A DNA stretch of 57,936 bases from a virus (Duplodnaviria; Caudoviricetes). A program made the position numbers and the translations under genes. The stretch's first letter is position 1, and each line of letters starts with the position of its first letter. Shown piece by piece: positions 48,230 to 57,831 of this stretch. The notes under the pieces were generated by a model. The model saw only the letters and a program-made list of their open reading frames with translations. It ran no database searches and was not told where the DNA came from. The stretch covers positions 1-57,936 of the IMG/VR virus record IMGVR_UViG_3300037424_000596; one strand, given 5' to 3'.

Positions 48230-50197
48230 TCAGTTCAGTGCAACGTAGAGGAAGCCGCCCGGCGCAGGAAGTTCCTGGTGAGGGATATCCTGCCCGTTTT
48301 GGTTCACTACGCCGTGAAAGAACGCAATGTTGCCACGGCGAGAAATCTTCACGAACGCAGCAACCAATTCGGCTGGTGTTGGATCCTCGACCAAGAACGG
48401 CAGTGCTTCGCCATCAAGCACATCCGGCAGATCGTCCAAGGCATCGACCACCATTTCCAGCGGTTCGTTTTTTACCGGATCAACCGTTGTCGCCAGATCG
48501 CACCAGCCCTTTGCTTCATCGACTGATTTGAAGCTGTCTTGATGCAGGGCATGAGCGTCAGACAAGCTGGCTTTGACACGATAGGCATCAGTGGCAATCT
48601 GCACGATGAATTTCCCGCCGTACTCCAAAGGCTGCATGATCTTGGCACGCTCGGCCGCAATCACTTCCTTCTCGGCAGCATCAATGGATTCCATCAGGGT
48701 CTGCATCAGGAGTATGCCTTCGGACTCAAACTCTTCGAGCTTTTTAATCGGCCGCAGTTTGTTCTGGTCACGAAGAATGCGCAGTTGCTGCAGTGTCATA
48801 TCTGAAGATACCAGTGCAGTTGCTGCCCTGATCTTGTCCAGCTCCAGCTTGTGCGCCGCAACCCGGTTTTGTTCAGCCACATCCTGATCGTCCAGATACT
48901 GCTGGATTTTGTTCTTGATGTGCAAAGTCAAATGGTCTGGCTGCAGCTCCACCAAGTCCTTAAGGTTTTCAAACAGGAAGCTGTAGCCATCACCTTCCTT
49001 GCGGATTATTTCAAGGCTTTTGGTTATGGCTTCAGCCTTCATCGTGGCCTTCATTTTGATGCTGGCAATTTCAGTTTTCACCGCATCGCGCATCAGCTTC
49101 AGGCTGCGCTTACCGTGGATGACATCCCACATGTTGTAAGCCGGTTCTGGCACCGTGATCTTCTCGTCCAAGAACAGTTTGTTGAGGCTGAACATGTGCG
49201 CCTTCACTTCGCTTTCGGCAGCCGTCACGATTTCATCGCGGCGCTTCTTCTTCTGATCAGACACCTGATTTGACAGCGCCAGTCGCGCTTTGCGCGCTCG
49301 CTCAGTAATGGTGTCCAGTGTACGGAACAGGTCAGCCAGCGATGCGGTCTTTTCCAACAGGCGCGCCTTCTCGGCTTTGATGTTCTTCTCGACATCATCC
49401 AGCCACTTCACGCTGACATCTGCATCAGCAAAGTCCTGATCGCTCTGCAACTCCTTCTTCAGCCCGTCAATGAGCATGAACGCCTTGCTTTGGAACTCTT
49501 CCAGATTGCCGGTAGTTGTGAGCTGGCCATCCAGATCGATCAGCAGTGCAGGCATGGTTTCTGGACGCACGCCAACTGGCTCTACCTTATCCACGGGAGG
49601 CGTCCAGGTCTTCATATCTGCGAGGAACTGATCCCAGCCGGCATACAGCAATTTCTGCCGTTCCGGTGTAGTGGTGTACTTGGTCCAGATCGTATTCCGT
49701 TTGGTTCCGTCGGAAACAATCCAGTAGATCACTTCCAGCTTCGGGTTCGCGGCAAACTGATGATCCAGCTGCCACCGAATGTAGTCCGGAATTTCACCTT
49801 CGCCCTTCTTGTGCGCTTTCAGTGCAGCCACCAGTTTTTCATTGTGCTGCTTACACTCGGCCGCAATCTTGGCATCCATCGACAGGCCATCGAACGAAGC
49901 AAGCATCATTCCGGACTGGCATGTGACCGGGAACAACTCTTCATCCAGCTCATCGCTGAGAATCTTGATGGCAATCTGTTCGACACGATGGCCTTCAGGG
50001 AAAATCTTCTCTGTGACATACCGGCTGAACTCTTTTGGTTCTTTGGTGACCTTGGCGCGCAACAACTCTTCGCGCGACATATTCGGATGTGAGCCCATCA
50101 TCACCGGGGCTTCCGATGCGTTGAGTGTGGAAATTCGTAATGCCTGCCACTCTTCCGAGCCTTGCACTACGCTATGACGGATAAAGCTGCTGTTCAT
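48230..50197 (-). CDS. YqaJ/lambda-exonuclease family recombination nuclease with coiled-coil C-terminus
   Basis: QGSEEW..LR....ASEA, ASFDGL, ECK, QLDHQ. Confidence 0.88.
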   Translation of the reverse strand: MNSSFIRHSVVQGSEEWQALRISTLNASEAPVMMGSHPNMSREELLRAKVTKEPKEFSRYVTEKIFPEGHRVEQIAIKILSDELDEELFPVTCQSGMMLASFDGLSMDAKIAAECKQHNEKLVAALKAHKKGEGEIPDYIRWQLDHQFAANPKLEVIYWIVSDGTKRNTIWTKYTTTPERQKLLYAGWDQFLADMKTWTPPVDKVEPVGVRPETMPALLIDLDGQLTTTGNLEEFQSKAFMLIDGLKKELQSDQDFADADVSVKWLDDVEKNIKAEKARLLEKTASLADLFRTLDTITERARKARLALSNQVSDQKKKRRDEIVTAAESEVKAHMFSLNKLFLDEKITVPEPAYNMWDVIHGKRSLKLMRDAVKTEIASIKMKATMKAEAITKSLEIIRKEGDGYSFLFENLKDLVELQPDHLTLHIKNKIQQYLDDQDVAEQNRVAAHKLELDKIRAATALVSSDMTLQQLRILRDQNKLRPIKKLEEFESEGILLMQTLMESIDAAEKEVIAAERAKIMQPLEYGGKFIVQIATDAYRVKASLSDAHALHQDSFKSVDEAKGWCDLATTVDPVKNEPLEMVVDALDDLPDVLDGEALPFLVEDPTPAELVAAFVKISRRGNIAFFHGVVNQNGQDIPHQELPAPGGFLYVALN

Positions 50198-50223
50198 GGT
50201 AAAGCTCCTTTTCGCGGGTGTTT

Positions 50224-51267
50224 TTAATCGTCGTTCTGGTTTTGGTCGGTCGTTTCTGCCTGAGACTCTTCTGGTTTTGGCTCTTCTTTGCGCGGCCTCA
50301 ATTTTTTGATCACGGCAACCTGATCGTCGGTCAGGGTGTATTTGATGCGCAGGGTTTTGAGTATTTCTGCACTGTCGCCGCCCTTGTCGATGTAATCCTG
50401 ATATTTGCCAAGGTTGTGCTTGAATCGATCATCAGGGAAAAGTTCGAGCGTTGTTTCGCCCGCCTGAGCTTGCGTAGCAGACGAACCGCTAGTGGTCTCT
50501 TGCTGCGCCCCTTGGATGATGTAGGCGCCAGGTGCGTACTCAAATTCATCGCTCTGCAATTCATCGGGAGTGTAGACGCCAAGTAGTGCGCCAGGAGCAT
50601 AGCGGCGAATGAACTTGCGTACAGCTGTGTAGGTAATTTGTTGCTCGGGATCAGTTGCCCACTGCGTTGAGAAGCGCGGGAAGCACTGCACCAGCATCAG
50701 CGTCAATTCGCGTGGCTTGGTTTCACCGCGCAGCACTGCTGTTACCTTCACGCCAAGCCCGTCCTCGTCATTCGGCACCCAGTTGATGACAGGGTATTTG
50801 CCATTGTTGCCGTCGACAATTTTGAACTTGCCCAGCACCTTTGACCAATCGCCAATAAACTCAAAATCAGGTGCTGTTCTCAGGGCGCCGCAGGACATTG
50901 CTACCGCGTTCACCAGCTGCGCTTCGTAGCCAAGCTTCCCACCAATATCAAAAGTCTTCTGCGCCACCAGAAATGGGTTCAACTGCCACTGAATTGCCTG
51001 CATCGCAACAGCAAAACAATCTGCCTTGCTTTCTTTCAAATGCTTGGGCACTGACATCTTGCCACTGCACATCAGCACCGCAATACGGTCGATTGAATCC
51101 ATGTGGTCACGGTTCAGGATAAGTGCAGACGTGCGTGCCTGGCCCTCATCAAACACCATCGGTGCATTGAAGTGCGATTCGGGAATATCGGTGTTAACTG
51201 ACTGTTCGATTGTTTGTGTGGCTGGTTTGGTTTTTTCCTGCTTGGGATTACGTTTACTGGCTGTCAT
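50224..51267 (-). CDS. recT: RecT-family ssDNA annealing protein
   Basis: VPKHL....ADC.AV..QA.QW.LNPF.VAQKT, LGYEAQLVNA, W.TDP.QQ..Y, RRYAP..LLGVYTPDEL; GGAGG RBS before ATG 51267. Confidence 0.88.
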   Translation of the reverse strand: MTASKRNPKQEKTKPATQTIEQSVNTDIPESHFNAPMVFDEGQARTSALILNRDHMDSIDRIAVLMCSGKMSVPKHLKESKADCFAVAMQAIQWQLNPFLVAQKTFDIGGKLGYEAQLVNAVAMSCGALRTAPDFEFIGDWSKVLGKFKIVDGNNGKYPVINWVPNDEDGLGVKVTAVLRGETKPRELTLMLVQCFPRFSTQWATDPEQQITYTAVRKFIRRYAPGALLGVYTPDELQSDEFEYAPGAYIIQGAQQETTSGSSATQAQAGETTLELFPDDRFKHNLGKYQDYIDKGGDSAEILKTLRIKYTLTDDQVAVIKKLRPRKEEPKPEESQAETTDQNQNDD

Positions 51268-51299
51268 GAAACCCTCCGTTGTCGGGCTGTAAAAAAGTG

Positions 51300-51336
51300 T
51301 TGACAGGAGAATAAGCGCCCAATAGGATTCCGTCAA
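51300..51336. promoter_or_regulatory. Overlapping divergent sigma70 promoters
   Basis: + strand TTGACA(51300)-N17-TAGGAT; - strand TTGACG(51336)-N17-TATTCT; flanked by a 15/16-identical inverted repeat. Confidence 0.8.
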
Positions 51337-51363
51337 CAGTTTTTTACCAGCAAGAACGGAGCG

Positions 51364-51558
51364 TTGCCAATGTTGTCATTTGAAGAAGTACAGAAGCGCC
51401 TGAAGGATCGGAAAATCAGCGTTGTTGCAGAGGAAACCGGACTTTCCAGGCCGACCTTGTACAAGGTCATGGCGGCAAAAGACCCGGGGCAGATCGCCTA
51501 TTCCACGATTCAAACCATTAGCAGCTATTTCGAGAAGCAGGAGGCTGGCGAACAGTGA
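51364..51558 (+). CDS. Cro/XRE-like HTH regulator
   Basis: LKDRKISVVAEETGLSRPTLYKV...YSTIQTISSYF; first gene of the rightward operon. Confidence 0.8.
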   Translation: MPMLSFEEVQKRLKDRKISVVAEETGLSRPTLYKVMAAKDPGQIAYSTIQTISSYFEKQEAGEQ

Positions 51559-51755
51559 GCGTGCAATTTTGCAGGGCTTGTGGCGGCGAGCTTCCGGCTG
51601 GCTGCAGCGGTGCTTTCAAAGGCGTTCCGGGCTGCCTGATGAGTGATGCGGCTGCAGCAATGGAACGCTCCAAGGAACCTACCGGCTACCAACCAGTGCG
51701 CCATGATCTGCAGGTAGTGCGGGTCGGCACTGAAGACGATGGGGAATACGCATGA
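51555..51755 (+). CDS. Hypothetical Cys-containing protein
   Basis: Coupled ORF, FCRACG. Confidence 0.5.
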   Translation: MSVQFCRACGGELPAGCSGAFKGVPGCLMSDAAAAMERSKEPTGYQPVRHDLQVVRVGTEDDGEYA

Positions 51756-51907
51756 GCAGTAAAAACGAGTCTTTTAGCCTGGGCGATGTCCTCTTTATCA
51801 TCGTGGTGTCTGCTCTGGTGTTCGCATTTACTGGCGATCCGAGCATTGCGGATGCTGTGCGCAAAAGTATTTTGGCGTGGGCCAGCGGTGGAGGGTTCTG
51901 CCAATGA
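51752..51907 (+). CDS. Small membrane protein (51 aa)
   Basis: Translated by hand: MSSKNESFSLGDVLFIIVVSALVFAFTGDPSIADAVRK...; ATGA-coupled. Confidence 0.5.
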   Translation: MSSKNESFSLGDVLFIIVVSALVFAFTGDPSIADAVRKSILAWASGGGFCQ

Positions 51908-51973
51908 GCGGTATTACCGCGCGCGCCGCAGAAATCAACGCCGCCTGGGAGCAGGCGCAGGAGGAACTGGGCA

Positions 51974-52222
51974 ATGGCTGACGTATTCTGCATTGCTGTC
52001 GAATACCTGGAGCAGAAGGCGCTGGCCCAGCTCCACTGCTTCGGAGACTGCGGCAAGATCGCCCTTGGCATCATAGACACCGGTGATCTTGCTGGCCCAT
52101 GCCTGGCGTGTTGCCAGCCGGTATGCGCTTACCAGAAGGCGGTTGTCGGCCCTATTGGTACTTCAAAGATGGACGGCAGCACGATCTACATCCGTGCACT
52201 TCAGGAACGGGTGTTCGCATGA
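51974..52222 (+). CDS. Hypothetical Cys-rich protein
   Basis: GGAGG RBS; coupled to the next ORF. Confidence 0.55.
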   Translation: MADVFCIAVEYLEQKALAQLHCFGDCGKIALGIIDTGDLAGPCLACCQPVCAYQKAVVGPIGTSKMDGSTIYIRALQERVFA

Positions 52223-52890
52223 ACATGATTGCACTCTACCCAACCGCCAAAGGCCTAACACTCTCGGACATGCTGGTGCCGATGGTGCTGGCCGACATTA
52301 AGACGATGACACGGCGGATGATCCCGGAGCGATTGGTAGAAAAATACTTCGACTATGACGACTACTGCAATGCCGTCATGCCGAGGGATGTTCCATGTTC
52401 TCGGTCATACGAAAAGGAATTTTACCAAGAGCGATCGCCGTGGAGTGCCGGGGATTTTGCCTACATCCGCGAAACCCACTACCGCATCGGCCACTGGGAA
52501 AAGACCGGAGAGAAGACGCGCACAGGCAAGGACAAGTGGGCATTCGTGCCTGATAGCGACAGAGTTGAGTTCATGCGCCCGGCTGGCACCTACCGCAAGA
52601 GCCGCGACCGCACAATGCCCGGCATGGCTAACTGGTACAAGCGCTTGGCTAGGTTCATGCCGAAAGCCTGCGCTCGCACGGTGTTAGAGGTTGTCAGTGT
52701 GCGCGTGGAGCGGTTGCAGGACATAAGCAAAGCCGACTGCATAGCCGAGGGCATGGAGGGTCTAAGTGATGTTCACGCGGGGTGGCATCAGTCATTCGCC
52801 GCGCTTTGGGAATCCATCAACGGCTCTGGAAGCTGGGAAGCCAACCCTTGGGTGTGGGTAATTGAGTTCAGGAGAGTGGTGAATGGCTAA
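52219..52890 (+). CDS. ASCH/PUA-like phage protein
   Basis: KTMTRR, GD..YIRET, FMPK...R..LEV..VRVERLQDIS, SWEANPWVWVIEF. Confidence 0.75.
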   Translation: MNMIALYPTAKGLTLSDMLVPMVLADIKTMTRRMIPERLVEKYFDYDDYCNAVMPRDVPCSRSYEKEFYQERSPWSAGDFAYIRETHYRIGHWEKTGEKTRTGKDKWAFVPDSDRVEFMRPAGTYRKSRDRTMPGMANWYKRLARFMPKACARTVLEVVSVRVERLQDISKADCIAEGMEGLSDVHAGWHQSFAALWESINGSGSWEANPWVWVIEFRRVVNG

Positions 52891-54610
52891 CCAAACCAAA
52901 ATCGAATGGTGCGACAGTACGTTTAATCCGTGGATTGGCTGCACGAAAGTTTCCCCTGCCTGTGATCATTGCTATGCGGCCGTAAGCACGCCAGCGAGAA
53001 CACGCGGCATTGAGTGGGGCACAGGAAAGCCAAGACAGCGCACCGCGCCGGACAACTGGGCCAAGCCGATCAAGTGGAATAAAGCCGCTTTCGGAGAGTG
53101 TGCAGCCTGTGGATGGAGGGGCGGTGCCAAAGAATTGAGATGGACTGATGGCACTTGTGCTCCATGCCCGTCTTGTGGACTGCAATCGTATCAAGGTGGC
53201 TACGCCGTTAATGATGCCCGCCGCCGCGTGTTCTGCGCATCGCTTTCCGACTGGCTGGACAACGAAGTGCCAACACAGTGGTTGATAGATTTACTGGATC
53301 TGATCCGCCTCACGCCCAATCTTGACTGGCAACTGCTGACGAAGCGCGTTGGCAACTGGGAGCGCCGCTTAGAACAAGTGCTAGCTGTTATGCTAATGGG
53401 CAGCCGCTCTGATCTTTACCGCTGGGTGTGGGATTGGAGATATGGAGACATCGCACCCGCCAACGTCTGGCTCGGCGCCACCGTAGTCAACCAGGCCGAA
53501 GCCGACCGCGACATTCCGAAGTTGCTACAGGTACCGGCGCGTATCCGGTTCCTGAGTGTGGAGCCGATGCTCGGGAGAGTTGACCTGTGCGAAATTTTCG
53601 GCATGTGGTGGAACCAGACCATGAAGTGTTTCGAGTCCACCGGAATGGAAATCAATCGACACTATCAGGGGCGCGGCATCGCAGGGAGGAAACTGATCGA
53701 CTGGGTAATCTGCGGCGGCGAGTCCGGACCGAAGGCGCGACCTATGCACCCTGACTGGGTGCGCTCACTGCGGGACCAATGTGCAGCGGCCGGTGTCCCA
53801 TTTTTATTCAAACAGTGGGGCGGGTGGACTGAACACATGCCACCACATGCAGAAGATGCCGACATTCTATCTCTCAGCGGGAAATACGATTTCATTGATG
53901 GCGTGCACATGACGAAGCTAGGTAAAAAAAATACCGGCAACCTGCTCGACGGCCGCCAGCACCTGGAGTTCCCGACAGCACCCAAAGCCCAGCAGGGTAA
54001 TGGCAGCATTGGGCCGGATCAGTTCGTTGCCAAAAATAGGCAACTTTTGCGCGAGATTGTGGAAATGGTCATCGCAGCACTGTCCGCCCCTGCACCTGTG
54101 CGGGAGGACACCTACAAGGCGGATAACCATGACTATGACGAGTTCGCAAACTGGTACACCCACGAGGCTCCAGATGAAGACTTGATGAGCATGCGAGATA
54201 TGGCGTATACGGCATGGCAGCATGCTCGCCTAGCCCCAGCCTCCGCGCCAGTTGCAGAGCCAGCGGTGTTGACTATGGAGGAAAGGGCCGCTCTCCAAGA
54301 TACGCTGCAACTGCTTCAAGAGCTTGTCCGGAATACGCCGCATGAGTCTTTAGCGCGTGCATGGGGCTGTATGGAGGCCACGATCAAGGCATTGCTATCC
54401 CGCACCGACCTGCCTGATTTGCCTGATCCTAAGTCAGCCACGAGCACAGTGCAGGAGCCAGTTGCTACGATCCATAGTGACGGGTACTGGACGCATGAGG
54501 CCGGCAAAGACCCATTCGACCGGCATGGGCCAAATAAAAATGCGGCGTCCCTCAAGGTTTACGTTGCCAGCCTGACACGCACTGAGCCAGCACCAAAGGG
54601 GGATGAATGA
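52883..54610 (+). CDS. Gp37Gp68/DUF5131 radical-SAM-like protein with long C-terminal extension
   Basis: TKIEWCDSTFNPWIGCTKVSPACDHCYA, QLLTKR, FLSVEPMLG, DWVICGGESG, FLFKQWG. Confidence 0.88.
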   Translation: MANQTKIEWCDSTFNPWIGCTKVSPACDHCYAAVSTPARTRGIEWGTGKPRQRTAPDNWAKPIKWNKAAFGECAACGWRGGAKELRWTDGTCAPCPSCGLQSYQGGYAVNDARRRVFCASLSDWLDNEVPTQWLIDLLDLIRLTPNLDWQLLTKRVGNWERRLEQVLAVMLMGSRSDLYRWVWDWRYGDIAPANVWLGATVVNQAEADRDIPKLLQVPARIRFLSVEPMLGRVDLCEIFGMWWNQTMKCFESTGMEINRHYQGRGIAGRKLIDWVICGGESGPKARPMHPDWVRSLRDQCAAAGVPFLFKQWGGWTEHMPPHAEDADILSLSGKYDFIDGVHMTKLGKKNTGNLLDGRQHLEFPTAPKAQQGNGSIGPDQFVAKNRQLLREIVEMVIAALSAPAPVREDTYKADNHDYDEFANWYTHEAPDEDLMSMRDMAYTAWQHARLAPASAPVAEPAVLTMEERAALQDTLQLLQELVRNTPHESLARAWGCMEATIKALLSRTDLPDLPDPKSATSTVQEPVATIHSDGYWTHEAGKDPFDRHGPNKNAASLKVYVASLTRTEPAPKGDE

Positions 54611-55125
54611 ACTATACAGGTAAGAGCGCAGAAATTAGTGAGTGTGGTCAATACAGGTATTTTCTTTCTCGTTGGTGGAATGCTCGTATGGGTGGGCGAC
54701 TGTGTGTGTTCATTGGGGTCAACCCGTCAACAGCAGACGCAAGCGAAGATGATGCAACCATTCGCAAGATGGTCGGGTTTGCTGCTCGCTGGGGTTTTGA
54801 CGGTATCGCAGTAGGAAATCTGTTTGCTCACCGTGCAACTGATGTCCGAGAGCTGGCTACTGCCATGAACCCTATTGGCCCGGATAACGATGGCTGGCTA
54901 CTGGATATGATGAATCTTGCCAACCTTGTAGTGCCGTGCTGGGGTAGCAGTGACAAACTCCCAAAAGAGTTGAGGTCGCGCATTGCTGAGGTTTCCGCTG
55001 TTATATCTCAGACTGCCACACCAGTAAAATGCCTCGGTTACACTGCCAGCGGAGACCCTAAGCACCCGTTGATGCTTGGGTACGTGAACGAACTCGCTGA
55101 CTTTGCAAAACGGAGCAAGCCATGA
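54607..55125 (+). CDS. DUF1643 family protein
   Basis: SECGQYRY.L.R.W, FIGVNPSTADA..DDATIRK, NLFA.RAT, PKHPL. Confidence 0.88.
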   Translation: MNYTGKSAEISECGQYRYFLSRWWNARMGGRLCVFIGVNPSTADASEDDATIRKMVGFAARWGFDGIAVGNLFAHRATDVRELATAMNPIGPDNDGWLLDMMNLANLVVPCWGSSDKLPKELRSRIAEVSAVISQTATPVKCLGYTASGDPKHPLMLGYVNELADFAKRSKP

Positions 55126-55373
55126 ACACACAAGAACTGTTGCGGAATGCGGAATGTAAATGCGCGGAAGAGTGGCCGGATGAAGTGGAGATTGGGGAAG
55201 TTTGCGACAACGAAGATCAGCACCCTAACCATGACATCTGCTTGAATTGTCTGCACAGCAACAAGTGCCACCTAGCCAAAAAGTATGCAAAAAAGTACGA
55301 AGGGCGCAAGCAACTACAAATTAAATTGGCCGCCACAGAGATAGCCGCACAAGTCGGCAAGGGGATGGAGTGA
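55122..55373 (+). CDS. Hypothetical protein
   Basis: ATGA-coupled, Cys-rich. Confidence 0.55.
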   Translation: MNTQELLRNAECKCAEEWPDEVEIGEVCDNEDQHPNHDICLNCLHSNKCHLAKKYAKKYEGRKQLQIKLAATEIAAQVGKGME

Positions 55374-55693
55374 TGAGCGATAATTATCAAGCGGTTTACG
55401 ATGCTGTTCGTAGTAGGTTTCATGGATGTGACGCAGAAGGAGCTATTCAATCTGTTCTGCGTGACGCTTTCGGCATGGCTAATCACCACATGGCTTGCGT
55501 AGCTCAAGAGTATGCCTGTGCTGCGCACGAACAACAAAGACCTGTAGTCGTATTCAAGCCAGTGCTATCCGTTGATGGCAGCATGTATTGCTTTTTATTC
55601 GGCAGCAACTTGCAAGAAGGGGTGGCAGGCTTTGGTGAAACTCCAGCGAAAGCTGCCGCCGCATTTGATGAAGCGTGGCTCAAAGGACAATGA
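55370..55693 (+). CDS. Hypothetical phage protein
   Basis: RP..VFKP.L..DG......G.NLQEGVAGFGETP..A...FD..W pattern. Confidence 0.7.
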   Translation: MMSDNYQAVYDAVRSRFHGCDAEGAIQSVLRDAFGMANHHMACVAQEYACAAHEQQRPVVVFKPVLSVDGSMYCFLFGSNLQEGVAGFGETPAKAAAAFDEAWLKGQ

Positions 55694-55971
55694 CAATGCA
55701 GACTGAACTTGAGAAGTGGTGCGAAGTTAACCGCCATATCGCTGCCTCGAATGATTGGGATGAAACACTGATTAGAGCATCGGACGTTATGGCCCTGCTC
55801 GCCCGTTGCACCTTGTGTGAGAAAGTGCCGGTTGGGTATGTCCAACCCTGCGTTCTTCTTCACCTTGGTAAATGGACTCACACTCCAATCGAGTCCTCGA
55901 TATGCCCGCAAGTCTTTGGGGTGTACGATCAGCCCCTCTACGCCCCTGCCGACATTGGCAAGGAGGGTTGA
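55690..55971 (+). CDS. Hypothetical protein
   Basis: ATGA-coupled; QPLYA motif. Confidence 0.55.
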   Translation: MTMQTELEKWCEVNRHIAASNDWDETLIRASDVMALLARCTLCEKVPVGYVQPCVLLHLGKWTHTPIESSICPQVFGVYDQPLYAPADIGKEG

Positions 55972-55973
55972 GC

Positions 55974-56153
55974 GTGAGCGACTATGGCGACATGTGCAAA
56001 GAACTGAGGGAAGAAAAGCGCGAGCTGCGTGCAAGGCTTGGCGTGAACTGCCCTGAGTGCGTAGCGAAGCTGCCGAAGGCTTGTCCGTCAATTCTGCTTC
56101 CGGGCCAACGATGCAGGATACACGGGTACAAAGACCCGAGGAAAAGAGAGTGA
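55974..56153 (+). CDS. Small zinc-binding hypothetical protein
   Basis: GGAGG RBS; CPEC...ILLPGQRCRIHGYKDPR. Confidence 0.6.
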   Translation: MSDYGDMCKELREEKRELRARLGVNCPECVAKLPKACPSILLPGQRCRIHGYKDPRKRE

Positions 56154-56368
56154 AAAAATTCCTCCAGTGGCGATCACGTCGATGGGGATATGACGGCTGG
56201 GCTGTGGTAATGGATGGCGCAACAAGGCCGCTGGCATGGACCACTTGCACCACCCGCGAAGAGGTGCGTGAGTTGATAGACGAGCACCAGGATATGTTCC
56301 TGCGTGGTTGCGACATTAAAAAAGTAAAAATAACCGTTGAGGTAATCGAAGATGAACAAAATTGTTGA
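56150..56368 (+). CDS. Hypothetical protein
   Basis: GTGA-coupled to the previous ORF. Confidence 0.5.
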   Translation: MKKFLQWRSRRWGYDGWAVVMDGATRPLAWTTCTTREEVRELIDEHQDMFLRGCDIKKVKITVEVIEDEQNC

Positions 56369-56510
56369 AGACAAAAAGCCGGAAGTGCCTGTTACACCCT
56401 GCCAACCTTTACCGCCAGCATCAGACTGTGGTGACGGCAAGAATCGCGGCGCGGAGCGTGAAGCAAATTGTGGCGGGTACTACTCTGAACAAGCGCGAGG
56501 ATAACGGGCT

Positions 56511-57140
56511 ATGAGAAAGTGCCAGAAAGCGTGCGACCTGAACTGGATACGCACCAACTCAAACACCAACCTTGGGAAGCTGCGCTGCCTCAATTGTGGA
56601 ACGGTTTATGCCAAAAACATCAAGTTTCAAATTGCAAGAGCAGCCGCGCAAGCACACATGCAGGATGGTGTAGACAGGCACCAACAGCTGCACGAAATGT
56701 TTATGCACCTGACAGCAAAGGCACCCTGCAAAACAATTGTTATTGATGGCCTGCCGTATCTGGAGCGCTACTACATGGGCGATGTCACGATATCCCAAAG
56801 GCGTACCCGTCAGCATTGGCTGCACCGGTTCCTGCGCTGCTCTTCTGAGGATTTGCACACGCACGCCTGGGAAGCAAACAGCACAGTGGTTACAGGTTGG
56901 TACTTGGAAGAAACGCCGGGCGGCATCTTCACTGTGCGTAAACCAGGGGACAACTACACAATCAACCTTGACACCATTCACCGGGTAGCGGCTGCACTGC
57001 CTGATACGTGGACATCGCTGATGGTAAGGCCGGGACTGAAAGAAACATGGGACTTTGTAGCTGGCGATGGCTCGCGGACAGCGGTTCAGTCTGGCGGTCC
57101 GGATTGGTGGAAAGAGTGTCTGCCAAGGGCTGCAGCATGA
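56511..57140 (+). CDS. Cupin-like hypothetical protein
   Basis: PYLERYY, LHRF....LHTHAW......GWYLEE, HRV. Confidence 0.6.
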   Translation: MRKCQKACDLNWIRTNSNTNLGKLRCLNCGTVYAKNIKFQIARAAAQAHMQDGVDRHQQLHEMFMHLTAKAPCKTIVIDGLPYLERYYMGDVTISQRRTRQHWLHRFLRCSSEDLHTHAWEANSTVVTGWYLEETPGGIFTVRKPGDNYTINLDTIHRVAAALPDTWTSLMVRPGLKETWDFVAGDGSRTAVQSGGPDWWKECLPRAAA

Positions 57141-57298
57141 GACACGACAGCAACGGGAAAATGCGTGTGTCGATCAACATACCGCCTTCACATTGTCCTG
57201 TTTGCGGCAAGGGAAGAAACCAGTACACCAACCACACTGCCTGCGCCAAGAAAATGCAGGCTCTAAGACTCGAAGCCAACAAGGAGCGCTCAAGATGA
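57137..57298 (+). CDS. Small zinc-finger protein
   Basis: CPVCGKGR....H..C; coupled on both sides. Confidence 0.55.
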   Translation: MRHDSNGKMRVSINIPPSHCPVCGKGRNQYTNHTACAKKMQALRLEANKERSR

Positions 57299-57831
57299 AC
57301 TACTGTCTGGAATGTGGCAAAAGCGACACTGACATTGTGTGCCCGTCTTGCCTCAACAAACTGAAAGCGTTCTACACCAACCGCCCTGTGCCCAACAAGC
57401 AGGTCGTGGATCTGAAGTGGAAACCAGAGGAAGTGGATCCGGAAGAGGTCAGAAGGATCCTGCAGAACATCCAGCTGGGCGCCAGCGAGAAGCTGAAGCA
57501 TGTGGCGGTACCGAGGGTGGTTGTCGCGGCAGCCCGGTACAGCATCGAAAAGCAGTACGCCGAAGTGCTGAGACTGGAGCGTGACATTGGCCTGCTCAAA
57601 GCGGGGATGGCCGGCGACTACGATCTGGACGCCTGGATGGACTGGTGCCGGGAGGTCGAACGTGGGCGCCAGAGCGGCCCAGGTGAGCCCTTGGACATCG
57701 AAGACCTGGCCTTCATCAAGCTGGCGCTGGAATCGGCCCTGACGGCTGCTGGTGACGACAGAGGCGCTGTGTACTACCAGAGATCCCTGCGCATCCTGAA
57801 GCGGCACATGGAGCGCCCTGATGCAGACTGA
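57295..57831 (+). CDS. Hypothetical protein with N-terminal zinc ribbon
   Basis: CLECG....CPSC; AGGAG RBS. Confidence 0.6.
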   Translation: MNYCLECGKSDTDIVCPSCLNKLKAFYTNRPVPNKQVVDLKWKPEEVDPEEVRRILQNIQLGASEKLKHVAVPRVVVAAARYSIEKQYAEVLRLERDIGLLKAGMAGDYDLDAWMDWCREVERGRQSGPGEPLDIEDLAFIKLALESALTAAGDDRGAVYYQRSLRILKRHMERPDAD

